DNA of 64,000 nucleotides from an uncultured Gemmatimonadales bacterium. Lineage in GTDB: Bacteria > Gemmatimonadota > Gemmatimonadetes > Gemmatimonadales > GWC2-71-9. How positions within the stretch are numbered: the first letter of the stretch is position 1; each line of letters starts with the position of its first letter. Below, one piece after another: positions 56,074 to 64,000 of the stretch. The notes under the pieces are model-generated. The model did no database searches and was not told the DNA's origin. It was given only the letters and a program-made list of their open reading frames with translations. The stretch lies in NCBI GenBank assembly GCA_963728915.1, contig CAVSLV010000001.1:1056001-1120000 (forward strand), written 5' to 3'. Made by a program: the position numbers and the translations under genes.

Positions 56074-57444
56074 TCAGGCCTTGCGGGCCGGCCAGCCGGG
56101 ACTCTCGTCGCGGCCGGCCGCATCGAGCCCTTCGACGGCCGGCAGGTCGGCGGGTGACCAGGCCTTCTCACTGCGGGCGATGAACGCCGTCGCCGTGATG
56201 TCTCCTCCAACATTGACCATCGTCCTGGTCATATCCAGGATCCGATCGACCCCGAGGATGATCGCGATCCCTTCACCCGGGACACCGAACATCGCGAGAA
56301 TCCCGACCAGCAGGGGGATCGATCCCCCGGGCACTCCGGCCGCTCCGATCGCGGTGATGACCGCCATGACGATCACGACGATCATTTGGGGGAGGGAAAG
56401 CGCCACCCCGAAGACCTGACACAGGAAGATCACGGTCATGCCCTCGAACAGGGCGGTGCCGTTCATGCACATGGTGGAACCGAGCGGCAGGACGAACCCG
56501 GCGATGTGCTGCGGGACGCCGAGGTTCTGCTGCGCCGTCGCGAGGGCCGTCGGCAGGGTGGCGTTGCTCGAGCTGGTGGAGAAGGCGGTGACCAGGGCGG
56601 AGCGGATCCGCTTGAAATAGGTGATCGGGGAGATCCCCACCAGAGTCCGGACGATCACCGAGATGGTTCCGAACAGGTGAAGCAGCAGGGCGCCGACGAC
56701 GGTAATGATGTACCAGGCGAGCGGCTTGAGCAGGTGGAAGCCGAATCGCGAGGTGACCCCGAAGATCAGGCCGGCCACGCCAAACGGCGCGAGACGCATG
56801 GCCAACTCGACGATTTTTATCACCACGTCGTTCAGGGCGTTGAGAAATCCCAGCATCGGCGCCGCCCGCTCCTCCTTGAGGAGGGTCAGAGCCGCCCCGA
56901 ACACGATGCCGAAGAAGATGATCCCCAGCATGTCGAGATCGACGGCAGACTTGACCGGATTCCGGGTGACGATGTTCACGATCGTCTCGACCCCGAATTT
57001 GGACGTCTGGGAAGTCTCCACCCGCGACGCCGCGTCGCCCGCATAAGTCGTCAGCAGCTCCTGCCGCACCGCCGGGTCGAGCTGCAGGCCCGGCCGGGTG
57101 AAATTCACGATGACGAGACCCAGGGCCGCCGCCAGTGCGGTCGAGACGAAGAAGTACGCGATCGCTTTGGCCCCGACCCTCCCTACCCGGCGCAGATCAC
57201 CGAGGCCGGCCACCCCGAGCGTGATCGAGGCGAACACCAGCGGGATCACGATCATGAACAGCATGCGAAGAAAGATCTGGCCGATCGGCCCCGCCAGGTA
57301 CTTGTTCACCCCTTCGACGAGGGAATGATTGCCTCCCAGCAGCTGGTTGGCGGTAATTCCCAGGACGGCCCCGACGAGGAGGCCCAGGAGGATCCGGGTG
57401 TGCAGCTTGAGGCCTTTCCCGGTGTTGCCGATGGATTCGGCCAT
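56074..57444 (-). CDS. Dicarboxylate/amino acid:cation symporter (GltP/DctA family)
   Basis: FLRMLFM..IPLVF, AFSTSSSNATLP, LPLGSTMCMNGTA, DRILDM.RT..NV.GD. Confidence 0.93.
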   Translation of the reverse strand: MAESIGNTGKGLKLHTRILLGLLVGAVLGITANQLLGGNHSLVEGVNKYLAGPIGQIFLRMLFMIVIPLVFASITLGVAGLGDLRRVGRVGAKAIAYFFVSTALAAALGLVIVNFTRPGLQLDPAVRQELLTTYAGDAASRVETSQTSKFGVETIVNIVTRNPVKSAVDLDMLGIIFFGIVFGAALTLLKEERAAPMLGFLNALNDVVIKIVELAMRLAPFGVAGLIFGVTSRFGFHLLKPLAWYIITVVGALLLHLFGTISVIVRTLVGISPITYFKRIRSALVTAFSTSSSNATLPTALATAQQNLGVPQHIAGFVLPLGSTMCMNGTALFEGMTVIFLCQVFGVALSLPQMIVVIVMAVITAIGAAGVPGGSIPLLVGILAMFGVPGEGIAIILGVDRILDMTRTMVNVGGDITATAFIARSEKAWSPADLPAVEGLDAAGRDESPGWPARKA

Positions 57445-57507
57445 ACTGGTCCGTGGCGAAGAGGTGGCTGGTCTGCAGGGTGAATTTACATGGAGGCGCC
57501 TATCCGG

Positions 57508-57534
57508 TGAAACGAAACCGCTCGCCGGAGCGTC
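57508..57534 (+). promoter_or_regulatory. Putative ECF-sigma promoter for the PBP gene
   Basis: TGAAAC-N17-CGTC ending 33 nt before the ATG. Confidence 0.4.
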
Positions 57535-57567
57535 TGATACAGCATCCGGGTTGGAGCGTGGTCCCCG

Positions 57568-59658
57568 ATGGAAGTTCCCCATTCTTGGCGGCGCTGGGCG
57601 CTTCGTGGAAGCCTGGCGCTGGGCGCGGCAGGCATGCTGGCCGTCGGCCTCGAGGCCGTCATCCGGGCCAGAATCCCCTCTCCTTCCGAACGAATACCGA
57701 CGGCCCTGTACACGAGGCCGGTCCCCTGGGGCAACTCGAGTGATTCCCGGGCTCCGGTGCCGATCGGGACCATCGACGGGCGGCCCCTCGAGCTTCGCAT
57801 CCCGGTTCCACTCGATCAGATCCCCGATCACCTGGTGCAGGCAGTGCTGGCCACCGAGGATCAGCGGTTCTACCGGCACCATGGCCTCGACATCAAGCGA
57901 ATCGGCGGCGCGCTGATCGCCGACCTCAAGGCCGGGGGCATCACCCAGGGGGGAAGCACCCTGACTCAGCAGCTCGCCAAGAACCTCTTCCTCACGGCGA
58001 GTCGCAGTCCCCTCCGGAAGCTTCGCGAAGCCGCGCTGGCTCTGGTCCTCGAGCGTCGCTACCCGAAGTCCGCCATTCTGGAGGCCTACCTCAACGAGAT
58101 CTATCTCGGTCAGAGTGGTGGAATGCCCATCCACGGCGTTGGAGCGGCGGCGCGGGCCTACTTCGGCAAGGATGTCCGTCGCCTCACCCTCGCCGAGTCG
58201 GCGTTCCTGGCGGGCATCATCCGGGCGCCGAACTGGTACTCGCCGGTGCGTCGCCCGGCACTCGCCCGCCAGCGTCGATCCCTGGTTCTGGACCAGATGG
58301 TGGAGCAGCATCGGATCTCGACCAGCGAGGCCGATCGAGCCCGGCGGGCGGGGCTGCCCCGGCGGATCGCCTGGACCACCCTCGACGGCAGCTGGTTCCG
58401 GGATTATGCGCTCGCTTCGGTGGGGAAGGCGCCCGACCGTGGCCTGGCGGTGTACACCACACTCGACGCCGGGCTTCAGCTGGCGGCGGAGCGGGCCGTC
58501 CGAAGCGGGCTGAACCGTCTCGGCCTACCGGGAGCCCAGGCTGCGCTGATCGCCCTCGATCCCCGGAGTGGCGAAATCCTCGCCATGGTGGGGGGGCGTG
58601 ACTACCGTGGGTCCCAGTTCAATCGCGCGACCGACGCACGCCGGCAGCCGGGCAGCGCGTTCAAGCCCATCGTCGCCCTGGCGGCGCTGACTCCATGGGA
58701 CGGCCAAACCCCGGCGTTCACGCTGGCGTCCACGGTCGACGACGCTCCTCTATCGGTTTCGACCGAGCAAGGTCCGTGGCAACCCGCCAACTACGATCGC
58801 CAGTTCCGCGGCCCGGTGACCCTCCGGGAGGCCCTGGAGCAGTCACTCAACGTTCCCTTCGCCCGGATCGGCATGGCGGTCGGCCCCGAGCGGATCGTGA
58901 CGACCGCACACCAGCTCGGCATCACGAGTTCGCTCCGTCCGGTTCCCAGCCTGGCCCTGGGAAGCTCGGAAGTCACCCTGCTCGAGCTGAGCCGCGCGTA
59001 TGGGGTGCTCGCCGCCGCCGGTCAGCTGGCCCCCACCCGGGTGATCCTGGGCGGCGCGGCACCGGGCCAGGCGCCACCGGAACCGGGGGCTCCGGCCCTA
59101 ACCCGCGCGGCCGATCCCGCGGTGGCCTTTCTGGTGACCTCCGCGCTCCAGGGCGTGGTGACTCGCGGGACCGGCGCGGCGCTGAACGGCTCCGGGCGCT
59201 TCGCCGGACTCGCCGGAAAGACCGGCACCTCGAGCGATTGGCGGGATGCCTGGTTCCTCGCCTACTCCCCCACGCTGGTGGTCGGCGTCTGGGTCGGGTT
59301 CGACGACGGACGAAGCCTTCAGCTCACCGGCGCCACGGCCGCGTTGCCCATCGCCGCGGGGTTCCTGGGCGAGGCCGCTCACGCGGCTCGCTGGGACGAT
59401 TTCGATATTCCGGACGGCGTGACCGAGGGCTACACCGTCGCCGACGGCGGATGGCCGTGGCAATGCGGTGCGCGCGAGTTCTTCCTCGCCGGGACCGAGC
59501 CCTCCAGCCGTTCGTGCCTCCGGTGGGGGTGGGACCAGCCCAGGGTCGAGGACCTCAAGCAGCGAACCCAGGATGTCGAGGATCGAGTCCTGCGAATCCT
59601 CCGGAGCCTCCTTCGGGAGGCCCGAGGCCACTCGGAAAAGGAAAGGGGGCTCCTGTGA
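57568..59658 (+). CDS. Class A penicillin-binding protein (transglycosylase/transpeptidase)
   Basis: EDQRFY.HHG, QGGSTLTQQLAKN, RKLRE, YLNEIY. Transpeptidase motifs SAFK, SLN, KTG. Confidence 0.93.
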   Translation: MEVPHSWRRWALRGSLALGAAGMLAVGLEAVIRARIPSPSERIPTALYTRPVPWGNSSDSRAPVPIGTIDGRPLELRIPVPLDQIPDHLVQAVLATEDQRFYRHHGLDIKRIGGALIADLKAGGITQGGSTLTQQLAKNLFLTASRSPLRKLREAALALVLERRYPKSAILEAYLNEIYLGQSGGMPIHGVGAAARAYFGKDVRRLTLAESAFLAGIIRAPNWYSPVRRPALARQRRSLVLDQMVEQHRISTSEADRARRAGLPRRIAWTTLDGSWFRDYALASVGKAPDRGLAVYTTLDAGLQLAAERAVRSGLNRLGLPGAQAALIALDPRSGEILAMVGGRDYRGSQFNRATDARRQPGSAFKPIVALAALTPWDGQTPAFTLASTVDDAPLSVSTEQGPWQPANYDRQFRGPVTLREALEQSLNVPFARIGMAVGPERIVTTAHQLGITSSLRPVPSLALGSSEVTLLELSRAYGVLAAAGQLAPTRVILGGAAPGQAPPEPGAPALTRAADPAVAFLVTSALQGVVTRGTGAALNGSGRFAGLAGKTGTSSDWRDAWFLAYSPTLVVGVWVGFDDGRSLQLTGATAALPIAAGFLGEAAHAARWDDFDIPDGVTEGYTVADGGWPWQCGAREFFLAGTEPSSRSCLRWGWDQPRVEDLKQRTQDVEDRVLRILRSLLREARGHSEKERGLL

Positions 59659-59690
59659 GCCCCCTCCCCGTAGACCCGCACCGCAATTCC

Positions 59691-61643
59691 CTATCTGGCC
59701 AGGTCGCGCACCGAGGCGGCGAGCCTCTGGACTTTCGCGGCATCGGAGGACGACCGAGCATCGGTATCCAGCGATCCCGCCAGTTTGGTCAAGCCGCTGC
59801 GCCGTGCCGAACCACTCGCTTTCTCCGCCTGAGCCAGATCGTTGCGCACCGCGGTAATCTGCGCGGCGCTCAATCCATGGGATCGCTCGAGCTGGTCCAC
59901 ATAGGCTCGCGAAAGCGAGAAGCTCGCGGGCCACACGAATTTCGGCTGGTCCTGCGCATTGAGATGGTCGAGACGGACCGACTTGGCGGCGTCGATCTCA
60001 TTCTGGGTCAGATACTGGCTCGGGGTCAGGTCGAAGATGTCGAGTCCCCGGGCAATTTCGGAGCTGACCATCACCCCGTTGTACCAGTAGACCGACCAGG
60101 ATCCCGCCATGACCATGCGGGTCGAATCCATCGGCCCGCGATCGAAGAAGGCGATCTCCATCGGATGCCTGGGGTCGGTCCAGTCGAACACGGAAATTCC
60201 GCCCTGATACCATCCCTGCACCATGACGTCGCGACCGGGGATCGGAATGAGGGATCCATTGTGGGCCACGCAGTTTTCCAGTGAGGTCTGCGGCGCCGGG
60301 AGCTTGTAGTAGCTCTGGAACACCATCTTGCCATTCTCGATCGTGAAGATCGCGTCGGCGCCCCATTCCCGCTTATCGGTCGCCCGGCACTTGGGCTGAC
60401 CGCCACCGCCCCATTCATCGCTGAACAGGACCTTGGTCCCCTCGTTGTTGAAGGTCGCGGAATGCCAGTACGAGAAATTCGAATCGGCCACGGCATCGAG
60501 GCGGACCGGCTGGGTCGGATTGCTGATGTCCATAAGCATTCCGAATCCCTCGCAGGCGCCGCCGGCCCGGCCGATCGCCGGGTACAGGGTGATGTCATGG
60601 CACTGCATGTAGGTCATCCGGTCGTGCTCGGGCCCCACCATCTTGGCAACAATCCCCGGGAGGGCGGTCCGGAGCGCGGCGCTGTCCGCCGCGGTCGGAT
60701 CGCCCGTGCCATTTCTCGCTTTCACAATGCTGTCGAGCAGCGGCTTGGTGAACTGCGGCGAAAGGGGACGTTCCGAGCCGAAAATCACCGCCGTGAACAG
60801 GCCCTGGGCCTTGGCGGTTTCGAGCTGCTTCTTCCGGCTTTCGAGGTCTTCCGGCGCCTCCCCGTGACTCTTCACGGGGGTGAGGTTGTCGAACACCCGG
60901 GGCGAGCTCACGATCGCGGCCCGTTCGGGATGCGCCAGCGGGATCTTGATCACCTCGAGACGCATCAGCGGAGAGTTGGGATTCTTGTCGGGTGATTCAT
61001 CCACGCACCCCGCCAGCTCGGTGGGACTCCGGAGCCCCGCCGACCCCGAGATGTAGACGTACACGTTTTCCTGGTCCTTGGGATCAACCAGGAGCGAATG
61101 AGTGTGGGACCCCCGGCAGGTCTGCACGTTCGCGATGTACTTCGGGGTCTCGATGTTCGAGATATCGAAGATCCGGATCCCCCGGATCCGCTCCTGGCTC
61201 ACGGTGTCCCGGATCCCTTCGGGGCCGCAATCCAGGCGCGAGGAGCCCGACTCGGCGGACACCACCAGAATGTTCTTGTAGACCGACACATCGCTCTGGG
61301 AGGCGGGACAGAAGTAGTCGGTCCTGATGGTCGGGTGACTCGGATCGGAGATATCCCAGACCTGGAACCCGTTGAAGTTCCCCTGGATGGCGTAGTTCCC
61401 GAGGAAGGTCAGGTCCGAGTTGATGCCATCGAGAAACTTCTCGCTCGGCTTGGTGCTGGACAGCACCCGGAGGTTCCATGAGGCTTCGCCGGCATCCCAT
61501 TTCCCGGCGCGCAGCCCGACTCTGGGATCCTGAGTGGAGGACCCGGCCTGGGCGGCGGACCGGGCCGCGCCGGGGCCTGCGATGAGCAGCAGGGCGGCGG
61601 CGAGCCTGACGAAAGCGGAACGGCGGTGGTGCATGGGTCGCAT
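59691..61643 (-). CDS. Secreted LVIVD-repeat-like beta-propeller protein
   Basis: Signal peptide and repeated F/W-DIS..P blades (VWDISDP, IFDISNI, LMDISNP, VFDWTDP). GAGGA RBS. Confidence 0.75.
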   Translation of the reverse strand: MRPMHHRRSAFVRLAAALLLIAGPGAARSAAQAGSSTQDPRVGLRAGKWDAGEASWNLRVLSSTKPSEKFLDGINSDLTFLGNYAIQGNFNGFQVWDISDPSHPTIRTDYFCPASQSDVSVYKNILVVSAESGSSRLDCGPEGIRDTVSQERIRGIRIFDISNIETPKYIANVQTCRGSHTHSLLVDPKDQENVYVYISGSAGLRSPTELAGCVDESPDKNPNSPLMRLEVIKIPLAHPERAAIVSSPRVFDNLTPVKSHGEAPEDLESRKKQLETAKAQGLFTAVIFGSERPLSPQFTKPLLDSIVKARNGTGDPTAADSAALRTALPGIVAKMVGPEHDRMTYMQCHDITLYPAIGRAGGACEGFGMLMDISNPTQPVRLDAVADSNFSYWHSATFNNEGTKVLFSDEWGGGGQPKCRATDKREWGADAIFTIENGKMVFQSYYKLPAPQTSLENCVAHNGSLIPIPGRDVMVQGWYQGGISVFDWTDPRHPMEIAFFDRGPMDSTRMVMAGSWSVYWYNGVMVSSEIARGLDIFDLTPSQYLTQNEIDAAKSVRLDHLNAQDQPKFVWPASFSLSRAYVDQLERSHGLSAAQITAVRNDLAQAEKASGSARRSGLTKLAGSLDTDARSSSDAAKVQRLAASVRDLAR

Positions 61644-61668
61644 GATGGTTTCCTCGAAAAGCATCTGG

Positions 61669-62316
61669 TTAGGGTGCCTGAACTCCCAGGGTGAGCGAGA
61701 CCAGCATCCGTCGCATCCGCGCGATTTCGGTGGTCTGGTCGACATTCACATCGTTCGAAAACTTCCACACCAGCTCGTCCTGCCCGGCCCCCGGATGGGT
61801 GTAGAGGTCCTTGACCATGACCAGGGCGCCGCTGTGGTGCTGAATCATGTAGGTGAGGAAGAGCCGGTCAAACTCCTCGCCCCGGGCGGCGTCGAGCTGG
61901 CGCATCTGATCTTCGGTCAGCATCCCGGGCATCAGCATGGTGTGGTGCATCCCGCTCATTTGCATTCCCCGGGGATCCGCAGCCGGCACCGGCTGGTTGC
62001 GGTCGAGCAGCCAGGTCTGCATCAGACGGATCTCGTCGGACTGGGCATTGATGATCCGCTCGGTGAGGCGCAAGACGGACTCGCTCGCTCCGTGGGACGG
62101 CGCCCAGCGCGACATCGCGATCGCCTGGGCGTGGTGGGAAATCATCCCCGACATGAAGGCGATGTCTGCGTCGGTGTACGGTCGCCGGAGGCTGTCTGCG
62201 CGGGCCCGCGCGATGGCTCCCGAATCCGGGTGCAGCTCACCGAGATCGATCGCCTGGGCACCGGCGGTCCCCCAGAGCATCCCGGTCAGGGCGAGCCCAG
62301 CCAGCAAGGGTTTCAT
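61669..62316 (-). CDS. DUF305 family exported protein (ferritin-like, Met/His-rich)
   Basis: FMSGMISHHAQAIAMS, MPGML, FDRLFL..MIQHH.GA..M. Confidence 0.88.
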   Translation of the reverse strand: MKPLLAGLALTGMLWGTAGAQAIDLGELHPDSGAIARARADSLRRPYTDADIAFMSGMISHHAQAIAMSRWAPSHGASESVLRLTERIINAQSDEIRLMQTWLLDRNQPVPAADPRGMQMSGMHHTMLMPGMLTEDQMRQLDAARGEEFDRLFLTYMIQHHSGALVMVKDLYTHPGAGQDELVWKFSNDVNVDQTTEIARMRRMLVSLTLGVQAP

Positions 62317-62516
62317 ACGCTCACCTCTCCTCCGCCTGGCCGGTCCGGCCGGCAAACATGAAATATAGGAGAGTTTCCCCCAATGGTCGGAATGCCGCTC
62401 CCGGCCCCCAATCGTGCAACTCTCACCCCGGGGCACGTCCACCCCCAAGCCCCCGCGAGTGTGCGCGGTCCTGGCGGGGGAAGGACAGACCGCTACCGCG
62501 AAGGAGAAGGGGGACG

Positions 62517-62642
62517 ATGGCGACGGAATTCCGGTGCAAGGCCTGTGGTGCGGAGTTCGACAGCAAGGAACAGCTCGACGCCCATAACCGCAATCAGCAC
62601 CCGTCTCACAGCAAGACGGAGACTTCGGGCTCGAACCGCTGA
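62517..62642 (+). CDS. 41-aa C2H2 zinc-finger microprotein
   Basis: MATEFRCKACGAEFDSKEQLDAHNRNQH... with purine-rich RBS AGGAGAAGGGGG and a downstream hairpin. Confidence 0.75.
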   Translation: MATEFRCKACGAEFDSKEQLDAHNRNQHPSHSKTETSGSNR

Positions 62643-62669
62643 CGGTTGACGCGGAGCAGGAAGTGCATG

Positions 62670-62694
62670 GCGGGGCGCCCAGGCGCCCCGCTTT
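62670..62694. terminator. GC hairpin between the convergent zinc-finger and cupin genes
   Basis: GCGGGGCGC-CCAG-GCGCCCCGC-TTT. Confidence 0.6.
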
Positions 62695-62697
62695 GCG

Positions 62698-63081
62698 CTA
62701 GTGCTTGAGCTCGACCACGATCACTTCCACGGGACGATCGGAGTCATTCACGTCGGCATGGGTCTGGCCCGGCGGATCCGCCGGCAGCCAGTAGGCCTTG
62801 CCATGCTCCCAGTGGTACGTGGTCAGCTCTTTTCCCGACGGGTCCACCACCCGAAGCTGGCCGTCGGTGAGCGCAATCAGCACCCGGTTGTGCTCGTGGC
62901 GATGGAAGCTCAGCGGCTGATGGGGCGCGATCACCGTCTTCCACACCTGCACCTGATCATTCTCGAACTGGGCTTCGCGCCCGGTGGTCTGGGCCGGGCG
63001 GTTCTGGCGCAGAATCCCGGCGCCGGCGAGCAGGAGGACTCCGGTCAGAACGGTCACGGGGAGAGTCGGCATGGGGGTCAC
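62698..63081 (-). CDS. Exported cupin-domain protein
   Basis: Signal-like N-terminus, FENDQVQVW, HRHEH, HADVN. Confidence 0.78.
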   Translation of the reverse strand: MTPMPTLPVTVLTGVLLLAGAGILRQNRPAQTTGREAQFENDQVQVWKTVIAPHQPLSFHRHEHNRVLIALTDGQLRVVDPSGKELTTYHWEHGKAYWLPADPPGQTHADVNDSDRPVEVIVVELKH

Positions 63082-63084
63082 GGG

Positions 63085-63978
63085 TTAGGGTTTCTCCATC
63101 ACATCAAAGAGCTCGGCCTTCCCTTCCGGCCCCTGGACCCGGGCCATCACCAGGTTCGGGTCGTGCTCGAAAAACAGGAGCCACTGATTTGCCACCGCTT
63201 CGCGGAGGATCACCCGTTTGGTCTCCAGGGTCCGGAGCGGTTCGACATCGTAGCCCATGATCCAGGGCAGCGGGAGATGATGACGGGTCGGGATCAGGTC
63301 GGCCAGGTAGAACAGGCGCTCGCCGGCGCTCTCGAGCAGGATGCCCTGGAGTCCCGGCACATGGCCGGGAATCGGCCGCACGGTGATTCCGGGAAGAACC
63401 TCCGACGAGCCGGTCAGCAGCCGGAACCGCCCCGCCGCACTCACCGGTTCATAGTTGTGGGGAAGATAGGACGCCCGGGTCCGTTCATTGGCGTCGCGCG
63501 CGAATTCCAGGTCCCTGGTCTGGACCAGGTACTCCGCCGCGGGAAAGGTCACCTGGGCGGTTCGGCGCGAAGGATCGGCCTCGAGATCGATCCAGGTATT
63601 GCCCCCGGCGTGATCGAAATGAAGATGGGTATTGATCACCCAGGTGATCTCCGGGGGCGCATGGCCCGCTTCGGCAAGAGCGGCTTCCAGCAGGGTCCGT
63701 CCACCCGGACCCTCGTTGGCGACGCCATAGATCTCGCGGAACTTGGCGTCCTCCTTGTTGCCTAACCCGGTATCGATCAGCACCAGGCCGGCCGGATGTT
63801 CCACCAGCAGGCAGCGGAGCGCCAGCCCGATCCGGTTCCGGGCGTCCGGCGCGATCCGGCGCTCCCAGAGCGGTTTGGGCACCACCCCGAACATCGCGCC
63901 GCCGTCGAGCCGCTGCACTCCGGTGTCCAGGGCATGACAGCGGAACCGGCCGACCTGAAAGGTGTGGATCAGCGTCAC
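63085..63978 (-). CDS. MBL-fold metallo-hydrolase (YtnP-like)
   Basis: LDGGAMFGVVPKPLW, THLHFDHAGG, PGH, ADLIP, MGYD, FEHDP. Confidence 0.9.
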   Translation of the reverse strand: MTLIHTFQVGRFRCHALDTGVQRLDGGAMFGVVPKPLWERRIAPDARNRIGLALRCLLVEHPAGLVLIDTGLGNKEDAKFREIYGVANEGPGGRTLLEAALAEAGHAPPEITWVINTHLHFDHAGGNTWIDLEADPSRRTAQVTFPAAEYLVQTRDLEFARDANERTRASYLPHNYEPVSAAGRFRLLTGSSEVLPGITVRPIPGHVPGLQGILLESAGERLFYLADLIPTRHHLPLPWIMGYDVEPLRTLETKRVILREAVANQWLLFFEHDPNLVMARVQGPEGKAELFDVMEKP

Positions 63979-64000
63979 GAGGGACTAGTGCAACGGGTCC

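Noticed and set aside
1..64000. CRISPR arrays, IS elements, prophage, defence systems
   Set aside because: No regularly spaced repeats, transposase, integrase, phage or defence-type ORFs recognised.

Overview
High-GC (roughly 68-70% by eye) chromosomal window of core genes. Gene order and protein style suggest a Gemmatimonadota-like bacterium; this is an inference. Most of the window is minus-strand housekeeping operons: rplM-rpsI-rpsB-tsf-pyrH-frr-uppS-cdsA-dxr-rseP, rpsO-pnp-M16 peptidase-ald, aroA-cmk-rpsA, infC-rpmI-rplT-pheST-zapB/zapA-rny-folD-xseAB and ispA-dxs-nadK-recN. Several accessory blocks are interspersed. (i) A ~10.5 kb purine catabolism cluster (guanine deaminase, 3-subunit xanthine dehydrogenase, cytochrome-c urate oxidase PuuD, UraH, UraD, AllB, Alc) sits between acyl-CoA carboxylase genes. 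It lacks a recognisable ureidoglycolate/glyoxylate step but carries an uncharacterised CitE/malate-synthase-like enzyme and a PanE-like dehydrogenase. (ii) A four-gene type IV filament module whose PilB/GspE ATPase is fused to a phospho-receiver domain. (iii) A DUF305 plus His/Cys-rich secreted beta-propeller pair next to a 41-aa canonical C2H2 zinc-finger gene. Non-coding signals include tRNA-Leu(TAA), a candidate 6S-like rod-shaped RNA at ~28.6-28.8 kb, a structured attenuator leader and non-AUG start for infC, several leaderless-type promoters, and a recurrent GTTAGG/CCTAAC hexamer that often coincides with rare codons. No CRISPR array, IS element, integrase or prophage was seen. All calls come from motif recognition by eye, with no database searches.
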